From assembly GCA_019058315.1 (NCBI GenBank), contig JAHPZH010000007.1, positions 160,001 to 224,000 of the forward strand: DNA of 64,000 bases, read 5' to 3'. The DNA is from Candidatus Helarchaeota archaeon (GTDB lineage Archaea > Asgardarchaeota > Lokiarchaeia > Helarchaeales > RDOG01). A program made the position numbers and the translations under genes. The notes beneath the pieces are model-generated. The model searched no databases and was not told the origin of the DNA. It saw only the letters and a program-made list of their open reading frames with translations. Positions 48,562-59,923 of the stretch are shown here, in pieces; position 1 is the first letter of the stretch, and the number at the start of each line of letters is the position of its first letter.

Positions 48562-49017
48562 TTAATATTTGACAAGACCAGGAATTTCACTTTTTTGTAA
48601 TTTCATTTTAATCTTAAGTGCTGTTCGATCTAATAAAGATTGTCCCTCTGAAGTTAATTTTCTGCCTTTTTTTTCAATAATCTCTACTAGTCCGGCGCTT
48701 TCTAATTGTTTTAAAGCATTTCGTACGATCGATCCAGATCCCTTCATAAATATATTGGGTTTAGGGCCTCTTCTCATTCTTCCTCCATATAAATTTCGTA
48801 ATTTACTAATGCCCATAGGTTTAATATATAATTTACGTAGGATGGAAGCACATCTAATATACCACCAATCTTCTACTTGGGGAGGATTTTCTCTATGTAC
48901 TCCCGCTTTTACTGCAGAAATCCAATCTAATTCAGTAACTTGTTCATAATCATTTTTTAGAATTTCTGCTACTTCTTCTATTAAATCAGCCGCTGGAACA
49001 TCATAAATTGTTGTCAA
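48562..49017 (-). CDS. rps19e: 30S ribosomal protein eS19
   Basis: TIYDVPA, DWWYIRCASILRKLY, GSGSIVRNALKQLE.AGLV, GRKLT.EGQSLLD. Confidence 0.96.
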   Translation of the reverse strand: MTTIYDVPAADLIEEVAEILKNDYEQVTELDWISAVKAGVHRENPPQVEDWWYIRCASILRKLYIKPMGISKLRNLYGGRMRRGPKPNIFMKGSGSIVRNALKQLESAGLVEIIEKKGRKLTSEGQSLLDRTALKIKMKLQKSEIPGLVKY

Positions 49018-49170
49018 AATATCAAACCTAAAGTTATGTATTTCTAATATATAATGATAAAAAAATAAATATTAATTTTAAAAAATTTGTTACAACTTTT
49101 TTTTTAGATTAATTTTATTATTTATCTCATACAGCGAATCAAATTATATAATTGTAACGTTATTTTAATT

Positions 49171-49353
49171 TTGATTCTTATGTTTTATAACGTTAAAATA
49201 AAAAAATGGGAGCAGGACCATAACTATTATGCTAAAATTTGTGTATATGATACAAATGATGAAATCGAATATCTCATTAAATCAAACTCCAAAAATGATT
49301 TTAATAAAAAAATCTACCAAATATTGAAAAATAGTCTTACCATGAAAAATTAG
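49171..49353 (+). CDS. Possible small hypothetical protein
   Basis: 60 aa ORF in the gap between rps19e and the PhoU regulator; no motif. Confidence 0.3.
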   Translation: MILMFYNVKIKKWEQDHNYYAKICVYDTNDEIEYLIKSNSKNDFNKKIYQILKNSLTMKN

Positions 49354-49511
49354 TAATCTAAACCGCTTTTTGTTCCTTTTTTTATCTTTTCTTTCCTTGT
49401 TGCTTGAAATTGTTTTTCTAGTAAATAAAACATAAATAGTAAAAAAACATAAAAAATTCATAATAAAACATAAAAATATCACTAATTTTTTCAACTATTT
49501 CTTAATAAGGG

Positions 49512-50528
49512 TTGATTGTTTTGAGTAATAAAATCAGTGAAACTCGTAAATTGGTGAAATGGGGAAGTTCTAAAACATTGATAATGTCATTACCACGTAA
49601 TTGGACTAAAAAACATAATTTAAGTGAAAAAAATGAAGTTCAAGTATTCGAAAATTCTGATGGATCTTTATTAATTATGCCATTTCTTATGGGCGATTCG
49701 CAAAGCAAACTCGTTACAACTATTGGTGCAGATAAATATCCTGATATCTCAACACTTTCATATATAATTCAAACTGCATATCTTGATGGTAATGATGTTA
49801 TCCGAATAGAAACTAAAGCTCCTTTTTCCCAAGATAAATATATGAGAATTTCACAATTAGTCTCCAACTTATTAGGGTTTGAAATACTCTCTAAAACTCC
49901 CAATGTAATCATTATAAAGGATATTATGGATTTAAAAAACCAAAGTCTAAATGAACTTATTAAAATGGTAAGTAGAAATGTTTTAGAATTAATGGAGAAT
50001 CTGATTTATTCAATTGAACATAACGATAACTCAATAATAGATGCAATAATAAGTTCAAAAGATCATATACAAAAATATTATCTGCGTGTGCACCGTCAAT
50101 TAAGAAAAGGACTTATTCAACCCAGTATTTTAATGAAAATGGACATAAATTCTCAAGATGCTGTAGATTTCGCTTTTTTCATTGTGCATATTAATGATAT
50201 TGCGGGTTATTTAACTAGCATGGGTAAAGCAATGATGAAATCTCCTAGTTCTAAACATATTGAATTAACTCTAATTGTTCTTAAAGAAACCTATGATTTA
50301 TTAAAGTCCGGTGTAGTCTCTTTTCTCTTCAGAAAGACTACAGATGCAATTGAAGTTCTAGATAAAGCAGAATCTATTAAAACGCATAAAAGAGAAGTTG
50401 AAAATCAACTAGATTCTATCACTTCGGATGAACCCGCAACATCCTCCCAGATCATTCTGGATAACTCAGAAAAAATTATAGAATTTTCTAGATTAATTGC
50501 TTTGGCTGCTTTAAGGCGAGCTTTATAA
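49512..50528 (+). CDS. phoU: AbrB-PhoU phosphate uptake regulator family protein
   Basis: ETRKLVKWGSSKTLIMSLPRNW (AbrB), AYLDGND, GFEI, helical PhoU repeats. Confidence 0.85.
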   Translation: MIVLSNKISETRKLVKWGSSKTLIMSLPRNWTKKHNLSEKNEVQVFENSDGSLLIMPFLMGDSQSKLVTTIGADKYPDISTLSYIIQTAYLDGNDVIRIETKAPFSQDKYMRISQLVSNLLGFEILSKTPNVIIIKDIMDLKNQSLNELIKMVSRNVLELMENLIYSIEHNDNSIIDAIISSKDHIQKYYLRVHRQLRKGLIQPSILMKMDINSQDAVDFAFFIVHINDIAGYLTSMGKAMMKSPSSKHIELTLIVLKETYDLLKSGVVSFLFRKTTDAIEVLDKAESIKTHKREVENQLDSITSDEPATSSQIILDNSEKIIEFSRLIALAALRRAL

Positions 50529-50583
50529 AATCATAATCGGATATATGTATATAATCTCGTATTTTATATTAGGAGAATGATAC

Positions 50584-52071
50584 TTGCATTTTGGCTTAGT
50601 AGGAATAGCATTTTTATTCAAACTTAAATTTAAGAAAGTTTCAATAGGTCTGATAATCTTATTTTTATTTATACCGGAATTTATTTATTTAATTCTATTA
50701 GTTCTTGAGGGGTATTATCTTTCCCAATTTCCACCTATAATTTCACCATCACCTGCTTATTGGAGTCATAGTATTGTTACCAATGGAGTTATATCAGCTA
50801 TAGCCATAGCAATTACACTTATTAATAAATACGATAAATCTAATTTAATCCTTGGAATTTTGCCAATTGTAAATATATTATCCAATACTTATTCAATTTT
50901 TTATTCGGTTTATTATTTTTATCCCCTCATAGCAAATATTAACACAGAATTTATTAAAGTCCACATAGAATATGCAAATTATTTGAAATCTGCATGGGGG
51001 AAATATACAGCGTCTGCGATAATTTTCTGGCCTTGGGAAACTATTTATTGGAGCATTGATCTCATTACTTTACTTCTTTGTATAATAATCAGTATGTGGA
51101 GAATTGTAAAAAGTGAATTCGAAGAAAAAATTATTTTAAAAACAGATGATGGGGCAATAATTCCACCTGATTATTCATTAATTCGTAATTATCCACGAAT
51201 TGAAGAAATATCTATCGATGAGACTAGGATTTTTACTCAGGAAGAATGGGAAAAAACAACAAAAGCAATCAGAGATCAAATTAGCAATTATAGAATTATT
51301 AAAGGAGAAAAAATGAATTTTGAATATAAATATCCAGATTTTGGAGGAGATATTTCAAAATTTGAGAAACCAAAACTTATCAGTTATGAAAAAAAAATAA
51401 AAAATATATATTATCAACTTAATTATGACGAAAATTTCGATGATAAAGAGTTATTTGTTCATAGACTTAAAATTCCTCTAATTAAAAACGGAAAATTGTT
51501 CTTAATCCAAGTAAGAAAATATGATCAAGTATTACGAAGAGAATTGTTATATCTCTCTAAAGAAGGGATTCCTGTTTTTTTAAACCGAGGTAAAGATTTC
51601 TTTCTGGAGTTTGACTATACAAAATTCAATTATATTATAAAATTTGAGAATTTAGGACTAAATAGTATTATTGAATTTAATTACGACGAAAAAAGTGAAA
51701 CAACGAAGCAAAGAATAAATACACAACTTATTAACATCGTTAAATTATTCATTATACTTTTTGGATGTTTTAGAGAACGTATTTTATATTCCAGAGAGGA
51801 AATTGAACGTTGGAAAGTTTATGATTATAAAAATCCAGATCGAGATTATAAAATTGATATGTTACCCATTAATCTAATTGAAGTGTATAAACTTAAAAAA
51901 TCATTAGGAATTAATTTTTGGACATGGGCCGATTATTATTCAAAATGGGCATTATTTTTATATCAATTTCAACTTTTTGAAGATGGTTTCCATCCTAAAA
52001 TATTTAGACTTTATAGAATACCGGTATATACTGGGGCAACTTCTATGGATGAAAAATTACTCCAAATCTAA
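50584..52071 (+). CDS. Hypothetical protein: N-terminal multi-TM domain + soluble C-terminal domain
   Basis: About 5 TM helices with HFG...PE...WSHS (metal-dependent hydrolase-like), then about 300 aa hydrophilic. Confidence 0.55.
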   Translation: MHFGLVGIAFLFKLKFKKVSIGLIILFLFIPEFIYLILLVLEGYYLSQFPPIISPSPAYWSHSIVTNGVISAIAIAITLINKYDKSNLILGILPIVNILSNTYSIFYSVYYFYPLIANINTEFIKVHIEYANYLKSAWGKYTASAIIFWPWETIYWSIDLITLLLCIIISMWRIVKSEFEEKIILKTDDGAIIPPDYSLIRNYPRIEEISIDETRIFTQEEWEKTTKAIRDQISNYRIIKGEKMNFEYKYPDFGGDISKFEKPKLISYEKKIKNIYYQLNYDENFDDKELFVHRLKIPLIKNGKLFLIQVRKYDQVLRRELLYLSKEGIPVFLNRGKDFFLEFDYTKFNYIIKFENLGLNSIIEFNYDEKSETTKQRINTQLINIVKLFIILFGCFRERILYSREEIERWKVYDYKNPDRDYKIDMLPINLIEVYKLKKSLGINFWTWADYYSKWALFLYQFQLFEDGFHPKIFRLYRIPVYTGATSMDEKLLQI

Positions 52072-53241
52072 TGCTTTTATTAACAATTCATGTAAATCTA
52101 AAATTTCAATATCTTCCCCTGATATTTCTAAAGCATCTATTAAATTTTGGTAACAAGCGGGACAACATGTTAATATCATATCAATATCATTTTCAAGAAA
52201 ATCCTTAAGTTTCTTAGATCCTACTCCTAGTGAAATCTGATTATCTGTTACTTTTGCAAGCCCTCCTCCTCCACAACATAAAGAATCTTTCCTATTTTCT
52301 TTTAATTCTTTGAAAATAATTCCCGGTATCTTTTTTATTATGGTCCGGGGCTCTTCATAAATTTTACAATGTCTCCCTAACTCGCATGGGTCTTGATATC
52401 CAACTTTCTTTTTTATTTCTTTATTAAATTTGATTTTTCCTTCCTTTATCAATTTTTTAATGAATTCAGTTGAATGATATAGTTCGAAAGGTAATTCTTT
52501 ACCATATAAATCTGGATAAACATGTTTCCATACGCGATAGCAACCTGGGCAAGTAAAAATAATTTTTTTCACGCCAAATTCTAACATTTTTTCAATATTA
52601 TGAATTGCAAATTCTCTGGCGGTTTCAGAGTCATCACCAACGAGATAAAATGGGCTTCCACAACACCATTCCTCTTCCCCCAGAATAGTATAATCGATTT
52701 TTAAATTTTCTAATAATAAAACTACTGCTTCAGGAATTCCAAAAAGAGAACCACGAAATGAACCTTGACATCCAACAAAGAAAGCAACTTCAGCTTTTTT
52801 TAAAATTCTATCCTCAATAATATCCTCAACATTCATTTCTGTCCATAATAAACGATCTTCTTGATCCAAACCGTAAATATTTTTATTTTTTTCAAGTATT
52901 TCGTGTAATTTCGAAAGTTCAATAGGAACTGCGTTTTGATCTAGTAGATCCTTCCTTGAAGCTTGTATTATTTTTGTAGTATCTACTCCACTTGGACAAA
53001 TTTCAACACAGCGGTTGCATATTAAACAATTAAAGATATCTTGAACCATCTTTTTGCTTGGTTTTAATTTATTTTGTTGTAAACCATATGACATTAAGAT
53101 GCGACCACGAGGTCCTGTAGTTTCCCACGTTGGTCCATCTTCACCCCATGCATCATTTAAAGTAGGACAAATTGATCTACAAGTTCCACAACGAGCACAT
53201 TTTAAAATATCAATTTTTAAATCTTTTAATTTACTTGCCAC
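52057..53241 (-). CDS. glcF: (Fe-S)-binding GlcF/HdrD-like subunit with CCG domains
   Basis: CARCGTCRSICP, CLICNRCVEICP, EWCCG, TCPGC, QDPCELGR, CCGGGG, CCPAC. Confidence 0.88.
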   Translation of the reverse strand: MASKLKDLKIDILKCARCGTCRSICPTLNDAWGEDGPTWETTGPRGRILMSYGLQQNKLKPSKKMVQDIFNCLICNRCVEICPSGVDTTKIIQASRKDLLDQNAVPIELSKLHEILEKNKNIYGLDQEDRLLWTEMNVEDIIEDRILKKAEVAFFVGCQGSFRGSLFGIPEAVVLLLENLKIDYTILGEEEWCCGSPFYLVGDDSETAREFAIHNIEKMLEFGVKKIIFTCPGCYRVWKHVYPDLYGKELPFELYHSTEFIKKLIKEGKIKFNKEIKKKVGYQDPCELGRHCKIYEEPRTIIKKIPGIIFKELKENRKDSLCCGGGGLAKVTDNQISLGVGSKKLKDFLENDIDMILTCCPACYQNLIDALEISGEDIEILDLHELLIKALDLE

Positions 53242-53244
53242 GAA

Positions 53245-54657
53245 CTATTCCTCAAGATAAATTTTGTCTAGGTCTATTTTACCAGGATTTATAATGTTTT
53301 TGGGGTCAATAATTTTCTTAATTTTTCTCATTAATTTCAATTCTTCAGGTCTCTCAATTTCTAAATATTTTGATCTTGCAAGACCAATTCCGTGTTCTCC
53401 TGTAACAACTCCCCCTTCATTAATTGCTAAAAGATGAATTTCATCCATTAATTTTTCAAGTTTTTGTAAATGTGAGGGATTGTCTTTTTCAATCGTGATG
53501 GCAGGGTGGAGATTTGAATCTCCAATATGACCAAAAACGATAATAGGCAAATCATAATTAATTGAAAGATCTCTTAATTTTATTAAAATAATCGGTAGTT
53601 TTAAAAGTGGGACTGTAATATCTTCACCTACATATACTCGACTATATCCATCACGGAATCTGGTTGCAGCAACTCCCGCTGAGCTTCTTGCTTCCCAGAT
53701 TTCTATGCTTTCAGCTTTATTTTTAGCCTTTTGAATTTTAACACTTCCCGAATCCTCACAAATTTTATTAATTTTTTCAATTTCTGATTCAACATTCTCA
53801 AAGGTTCCATCAACTTCAAAGAGTAAGATTGCTTCAGCATCTTCAGGAAGTTTAATGTCAGGTCGATCTTTGTTTATCGCAATAATTGCGCTTTTATCAA
53901 GGATTTCAATAGCACTAGGTAGTACCCCAGCTTTAAAAACTTCGGGAACGGTTTTTGCTGATTTTTCTAAATCGTCATAAATAGCCATAATAACTCGAAT
54001 TTCTTGTGGAATGGGTAAAATTTCCAAAGTCATTTCGGTTATAATTCCTAATGTCCCTTCGGCTCCAATAAAAAGATTAGAAATGTCAAAATATGAATTG
54101 TTTATCTTTCTTAAACCAGTATCAAGAACATTTCCATCAGGTAGAACAATTTTTATTTTTTTTACGTAATTTCTTGTAACCCTATACTTAACTGCCCTGA
54201 GACCTCCTCCATTATTTGAAATCGTCCCTCCAATTGTAGCCATCTTACTACTACCCAAATCTATTGGATAGAATAGATTAAATGTGGAAAGATATTCATT
54301 CAAATTCGCAAGAACCACTCCAGGTTCTACGATTACTTCTAAATTTTCTATATCTAACTTCATGATATTATGCATACGAGTAAAATCAATTAAAATTCCC
54401 CCTTTTACTGGAACTGCACCTCCTGTAGTTCCTGATCCAGCTCCACGTGGTGTAACTGGAATTTGATAATTATGAGCAAATTTAACAATATCCACAACTT
54501 CTTTAGTTGATGATGGTCTTACAACAATATCTGGAGAATGTTCAAATTGAGAGACATCAAATGAATAAGTAAAAAGAACGGCATCGTCTATAGAAATATT
54601 GTTTTCCCCGACTATCGGTTTAAGTTTATCAAATAACTCTTGCCTATTCATGTTCAA
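53245..54657 (-). CDS. glcD: FAD-linked 2-hydroxyacid dehydrogenase (GlcD/D-lactate dehydrogenase-like)
   Basis: PRGAGSG..GGAVP, ATIGG..SNNGGG, GAEGTLGIIT, GHIGDSNLH, GEHGIG, DPKNIINPGK. Confidence 0.92.
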   Translation of the reverse strand: MNMNRQELFDKLKPIVGENNISIDDAVLFTYSFDVSQFEHSPDIVVRPSSTKEVVDIVKFAHNYQIPVTPRGAGSGTTGGAVPVKGGILIDFTRMHNIMKLDIENLEVIVEPGVVLANLNEYLSTFNLFYPIDLGSSKMATIGGTISNNGGGLRAVKYRVTRNYVKKIKIVLPDGNVLDTGLRKINNSYFDISNLFIGAEGTLGIITEMTLEILPIPQEIRVIMAIYDDLEKSAKTVPEVFKAGVLPSAIEILDKSAIIAINKDRPDIKLPEDAEAILLFEVDGTFENVESEIEKINKICEDSGSVKIQKAKNKAESIEIWEARSSAGVAATRFRDGYSRVYVGEDITVPLLKLPIILIKLRDLSINYDLPIIVFGHIGDSNLHPAITIEKDNPSHLQKLEKLMDEIHLLAINEGGVVTGEHGIGLARSKYLEIERPEELKLMRKIKKIIDPKNIINPGKIDLDKIYLEE

Positions 54658-54784
54658 ACTCCAAATAAATTTAATGAAATTATTCTTAAAATGATTCTCA
54701 TTTTAATAAAATTTAGTTGAGAAAGTGCAGTTTAACAGATATATTATTTAAGGAATAAGAATATAATATCTATATTCCCAAAAA

Positions 54785-55519
54785 GTGAATTTTAATATGT
54801 ACCGAAGAAAAGATTCTCCAGTAGAACAACTTTTCAACGAATTAAAATACGAAGGGGAAAGGATAGACCAAGACACTATCCAATTTGTCTCCGAAAGTGG
54901 CAATCAAGTTACAAATCTGTATTTTGATCGATTTGAAAATAAATTAGTATTTAGAGCCATGTTTTATCATGCAGATAGAATGATAGAAGGCAATATTTAC
55001 TTATTTGCTAGAATATTAGAAGAAATTTACAATGATACAGAAATTAGAGATATAATTGAAGATATTTCTCTACAAACTAAATATTTATCTATTAAACCTA
55101 CAATGGATAAACCTGAATTTGGATTTGAGCAAGTTTTATCGACAGATGAATCAACTTTTTTTGCGTATGAATTAAGCTATGAAAATAAGACCCTTGATGA
55201 ATTAAAAAAGGAAGTTGAAGAGAAACTTAATAATTCCTATGAATTGGTTGCTAATATGCAATCAAATATTGGTATGTATATTGAAAAAGCCATAAATTAT
55301 TATCTTAATCGTCCTGAAATAGAGAGAAAATTGTTAGAAATTCGAAAATTAATTTTCAAATCACAATTTTTTGGTAGTATGACCGGTAGATTTGCTCAAG
55401 AACAAAAATATAAAGCTGCAGAATTTAAAAAAGAAGCTAAAGAAAAATTTGAATTATTCAAAGAAGAAAACCCTGATGTTGATTGTGAATCGATAGAAGA
55501 GCTTTTTAAAATGGTTTAA
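54785..55519 (+). CDS. Hypothetical protein
   Basis: 244 aa ORF (likely ATG 54797); no motif recognised. Confidence 0.6.
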   Translation: MNFNMYRRKDSPVEQLFNELKYEGERIDQDTIQFVSESGNQVTNLYFDRFENKLVFRAMFYHADRMIEGNIYLFARILEEIYNDTEIRDIIEDISLQTKYLSIKPTMDKPEFGFEQVLSTDESTFFAYELSYENKTLDELKKEVEEKLNNSYELVANMQSNIGMYIEKAINYYLNRPEIERKLLEIRKLIFKSQFFGSMTGRFAQEQKYKAAEFKKEAKEKFELFKEENPDVDCESIEELFKMV

Positions 55520-56004
55520 AGATTTAATACCATTTCTAGTGCATCTTCACCATCAGAATAATAACTAATCTTGGTTTTGACTGGTTTAAAATTAAATTTT
55601 TCATAAAAGGATATTGCTGATTTATTTCCTACTCGTGCTTCTAATTTTAATTTAGTAATTTTTTTTTCATGTAATTTTTCAATAGTTTTTTTTAGTAAAA
55701 TTGATCCAAATCCCCTTCTACGATAATCTTTATCTATTACAATTGAAATAATGTGAGCTTCGTTAGCACGCAAGGATGTTATAATCTGTCCTACAATAAA
55801 TTGCTTTATTTCAGCCACTAAATAAATAATATTTGGTATTTGGGCTAATTTTGATAAGGTTTCCATTGAAAAAGGAGATTTAAAGGAGTGAATTTCAATA
55901 TAATATAGTCTATTCATATCTGATAAAGAAACTGTTCTGATTTTTAAGTCGCCAATTTGATTTTGGTTTGAATCGTCTTGTAAATCCATTTCTATATTTT
56001 CCAA
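55516..56004 (-). CDS. rimI: RimI/Ard1-like N-acetyltransferase (GNAT)
   Basis: IEIHSF..PFS, AHIISIVIDKDYRRRGFGS.LL, LEARVGN..AI.FYEK, YYSDGEDA. Confidence 0.9.
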   Translation of the reverse strand: MENIEMDLQDDSNQNQIGDLKIRTVSLSDMNRLYYIEIHSFKSPFSMETLSKLAQIPNIIYLVAEIKQFIVGQIITSLRANEAHIISIVIDKDYRRRGFGSILLKKTIEKLHEKKITKLKLEARVGNKSAISFYEKFNFKPVKTKISYYSDGEDALEMVLNL

Positions 56005-56182
56005 ATTCTTTATTGAATAAAGACTGTATTTTTAAAAAACAAATATACATTTTTATTTTATATATCTTTTATTGCTTTCTTTGATATCTTATAATTGCAT
56101 TTCTTCCCTAACCCAAAACCATTACAAATAATTTATCCAAAATGTATAAATATTACAAATCTCAATCCAAATCAAAGAATTA

Positions 56183-57139
56183 ATGAGGACTATTAGGATG
56201 TTTTGTTTAAGTCCACTAGATTTTATTGGGAGTCAACTAGAATTTTTTCTTCAAACACCAGCTGCAATTGCATTAATGATTGGAACTGTAATGATAATAA
56301 TTACGCTATTAATTTTGAAATTTCCTAAGATAAGACCATACTTCAAACCTTTATTTTGGATTTATTACATAATAGTTTTGATTCCTTATTATGCAATAGC
56401 AGGAATAATCTATGCTGTTACTTTGAGTAAAGTAGATCTCTTTAAATTTTTGAAAGAAAAAAATTTTTTGGAAAAATTTAAGGAAGTATTCACAAATCCA
56501 AAATCAATATTTAATGATATGCGTGTTAATCCACAAAAATATTATATGTGGGTGGCCGTTTATATTAATATCGTCATTATAACAATCGATATGTTCTTAA
56601 TTTCATTTTTAACTCAAAAATTCTATTGTGGTAGAGACTCTATTATTTTTGGAATTTTATCAACTACTCCAACACCAATTGCAGATCCCGTTCAGAGATG
56701 GATTATGAGATCAATTGCAGGCGTCTTCATTTGGTTTCCAACAAAATTCATGATTCATGGACTTGTAATGTTAGTTCATAAGTATGACAATTCAGATGAA
56801 CCACAAAATAGACCATGGTATGATAAAGTTAGGCTACTTTATATTTCATGGGGGTATATCCTGACTGCCGATGGTATTTGGTGTCTTGGGATGGTGATCT
56901 CGTTGCTTTTACCAACTTGGCATGGTATGATATTCACATGGCTCCTTGTTATTCCTTGTGGATTAATCGAATTGGTTTATCAGCAATATACAATTCATTG
57001 TTTATACAAGTTCAAAGATAAATTAACCAGCTGGTTAATTGGATTTATTATTTGGGGTTTGTCAATGCTTCCATTTGCAATATGTACATTTTTACTCAAT
57101 GATTTACTAAGCCCTTTTATAGTTGGTTTATTTAATTGA
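56183..57139 (+). CDS. Multi-pass membrane protein, Yip1-like
   Basis: FKEVFTNPKSIFNDM precedes a 5-TM block, as in Yip1 domains; two additional N-terminal TMs. Confidence 0.5.
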   Translation: MRTIRMFCLSPLDFIGSQLEFFLQTPAAIALMIGTVMIIITLLILKFPKIRPYFKPLFWIYYIIVLIPYYAIAGIIYAVTLSKVDLFKFLKEKNFLEKFKEVFTNPKSIFNDMRVNPQKYYMWVAVYINIVIITIDMFLISFLTQKFYCGRDSIIFGILSTTPTPIADPVQRWIMRSIAGVFIWFPTKFMIHGLVMLVHKYDNSDEPQNRPWYDKVRLLYISWGYILTADGIWCLGMVISLLLPTWHGMIFTWLLVIPCGLIELVYQQYTIHCLYKFKDKLTSWLIGFIIWGLSMLPFAICTFLLNDLLSPFIVGLFN

Positions 57140-57297
57140 AAATTATTATTATGAATTTTTTATCAAAAATTGAAGTATTTATTTAAATTTTTTAAATTAA
57201 ATTTTAACTTTATTCATGAAGTATTAATACTAGGAAGAAATTTTAAAGATAAAAGAATTAAACAAATAATTTATGTTGAATTTGTAAGGAAAAACCA

Positions 57298-58380
57298 ATG
57301 AAAATCGTTGAAAAAGATTTAAAGAAAGGAGAAATAACTCTTATAATAGAGAATTTAAATGATCTTTGGCATCTTTATAACATAATTCGACCAGATGATA
57401 TTATATATGCAAAAACATTGAGAAGATTCCGAGGAGACGAAGATTCTTTAAGATCCGATCGCGGAGAACGAATACCAGTTTATTTAGGGATAAAAGTTGA
57501 AGAATTTAATTTTCATCCCTTTTCAAATCGTTTGAGAATCAAAGGAATTATTATCGATGGACCCGATGATCTTGTTTCCCTTCATTCTTATCACACTCTT
57601 AATGTGGAAGTGCATACAGAACTTCGGATTATAAAAGGGTATTGGGAAAGTTTTGTTTTAAAGCGGATTGAAATGGCTGAAACTTCATCAACCCAGCCAG
57701 AGATTTTAATCTTAATACTTGATAAAGGTGATGCCTATTTTGCCAAAGCAACAGAAATAGGTTATAAAAAAATCGCCACAATAACTGCAAATATACCTGG
57801 AAAAAGATTCAAAGTCGACTATTATGATAAAGCTGTAGAAGATTTTTTTATTTCATTACTAAAATTAATTAATGAAAATATATCCAATGGAAATATTGAT
57901 GCAATAATTATTGCAGGACCTGGTTTTACTAAAGATCATTTCATAAAATTCTTAAAAGAAAAAGATCCAAAACTTGCGTCTACTGTACAAGTTGTTGATG
58001 CGAGTAATTCGGGGAAAAATGGGGTAATAGAAGTCATACGGAAGGGAGACACTATAAAATCTATCAAAGAAATGCGAATCACAAAGGAAGCCGAACTAGT
58101 TCAAGAATTTTTAAAAAGATTAGGTAAAAATAAGCGAAATATTGCTTATGGAATAGAAGAGATTGAGAATGCAAAAAATTATGGAGCAATTGAAACACTT
58201 CTAATAACGGATAAATTGTTAAGAATTGATAATGTAGAAAAAAGGAAAGAATTGGATGCTCTATTAAAAGAAATTGAAAAATTAGGTGGAAAAATTGTCA
58301 TAATAAGTTCATTACATTCTGCTGGTGAACAATTAGAATCGTTTAATTCTATGGCTGCCCTATTACGTTTCGAAATATAA
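57298..58380 (+). CDS. pelA: mRNA surveillance protein pelota
   Basis: ENLNDLWHLYNII, RLRIKG, YHTLNV, IIAGPGFTK, AYG..E...A..YGAIETLLITD, GEQL. Confidence 0.96.
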   Translation: MKIVEKDLKKGEITLIIENLNDLWHLYNIIRPDDIIYAKTLRRFRGDEDSLRSDRGERIPVYLGIKVEEFNFHPFSNRLRIKGIIIDGPDDLVSLHSYHTLNVEVHTELRIIKGYWESFVLKRIEMAETSSTQPEILILILDKGDAYFAKATEIGYKKIATITANIPGKRFKVDYYDKAVEDFFISLLKLINENISNGNIDAIIIAGPGFTKDHFIKFLKEKDPKLASTVQVVDASNSGKNGVIEVIRKGDTIKSIKEMRITKEAELVQEFLKRLGKNKRNIAYGIEEIENAKNYGAIETLLITDKLLRIDNVEKRKELDALLKEIEKLGGKIVIISSLHSAGEQLESFNSMAALLRFEI

Positions 58381-58418
58381 GAATTTTTATTATTTAATTT
58401 AAATCTAGGTTATTTTAT

Positions 58419-59726
58419 ATGGAAAAAAGTCTTGTTCTTAACATTTCAAATTTTCTTCCCATTTTTGGTCAAATTAAAGATCAAATGAAATTCATAATTC
58501 AAGATTTATTAGAAGGTAGTATACAAACTAAAGACTTTGTTAATTATCTTAAGAAAAGATTTCAACAAAAAAATTTGCAAATTGAGGTATTATCAAACGA
58601 GAAAAATGAAATTTTGGTAAAAATTGAGTCAATATATGATTTACCAGAAAAAGATGAAATTAAAAGACATATAAAAAACTATTTTTCTTTCGAAATAGGT
58701 GAAACTCTAATTAATAAATATACAGGGAGGAAAATCATATATATAACAAAACAATCTGGAATCCCTTTAATTGGAAATTTAGCTTTTGGTATCTTACTTC
58801 ATAATACAAACATCATTGAAATACGTCCAGTAACTGGATGTCCCCTACAATGTATTTTTTGCTCTGTAGATGAGGGAAAGAATTCTAAAATGGTTATCGA
58901 TTATATCGTTGAACCAAACTACCTAATTGAGCAAATGCAAAAAATCATTAAATTTCTAGGTCAAAATCAATTAGAAGCTCATATTTCTGCTCAGGGTGAA
59001 CCTACGATTTATCCTCATTTAGTTGAATTAATTTCAAAATTATCCAAACTTCCTGGAATCCAAACTATATCAATTCAGACCAATGGAGTACCACTAACTG
59101 AAACTTATGTAGATAAACTTGAAAAAGCAGGTCTAACTCGAATTAATCTCTCAATTAATTCTTTGGATCCAAAAAAATCAAAATTATTAGCAAATTCGGC
59201 CAGTTATGATATAGAACACATAAAAAAGATTGCGGAATATATCGCAAAAAGTAAGATTGATTTAATTTTAACTCCCATTTTAGTTCCTGGTAAAAATGAA
59301 GAAGATATTGATGAAATTATAAGATTTTCTAAAAAAATTGGAGCTGGTAAAAATTGTCCACCCTTAGGCATTCAAAATTACTTGATTTATCAATTTGGAA
59401 GAAAAGTGCCAAAATGTAAACCGTTAAGCTGGAAAGAATTTTATGATTATCTGAGAAAGTTGGAAAATAAACATAATTTAAAACATTTAGTTTTAAATAA
59501 GAAGGATTTTAACATTCATAGGCGAAAAAATCCTCAAAAACCTTTTTCTAAAGGTCAAATTATAGATCTTAAAATCATCACACAAGGAAGACGAAAAAAT
59601 CAAATGTTGGGCATAAAAGCGGGAAGAACAATTCAAATTATTAAGACAAATAAAAAAATTGGAGAAAAAATTAAAGTAAGAATAATTAAGACTGAAAGAA
59701 ATATTATTGTGGCTGAGCCTATTTAA
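58419..59726 (+). CDS. Archaeal radical SAM protein with C-terminal TRAM-like domain
   Basis: IPLIG..AFG, RPVTGCPLQCIFCSVDEG, GEP, QTNG, PVLVPG-like PILVPGKNEE. Confidence 0.88.
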   Translation: MEKSLVLNISNFLPIFGQIKDQMKFIIQDLLEGSIQTKDFVNYLKKRFQQKNLQIEVLSNEKNEILVKIESIYDLPEKDEIKRHIKNYFSFEIGETLINKYTGRKIIYITKQSGIPLIGNLAFGILLHNTNIIEIRPVTGCPLQCIFCSVDEGKNSKMVIDYIVEPNYLIEQMQKIIKFLGQNQLEAHISAQGEPTIYPHLVELISKLSKLPGIQTISIQTNGVPLTETYVDKLEKAGLTRINLSINSLDPKKSKLLANSASYDIEHIKKIAEYIAKSKIDLILTPILVPGKNEEDIDEIIRFSKKIGAGKNCPPLGIQNYLIYQFGRKVPKCKPLSWKEFYDYLRKLENKHNLKHLVLNKKDFNIHRRKNPQKPFSKGQIIDLKIITQGRRKNQMLGIKAGRTIQIIKTNKKIGEKIKVRIIKTERNIIVAEPI

Positions 59727-59923
59727 TATATAAAATAAGAAAAAATTCATTTTTTTATTTCATTATTTTAAATTACAATAGTTTTAATAATAATAATATA
59801 CATTTATATGTCTATACAATAAACATGTTAAATTTTTTAATTTATTACTCAATTACATTTATTTCTATTTTATTGCGCATTGGAGATGAAATTAAAAAAG
59901 ATTTAAAAATATGAGGCAAGATA

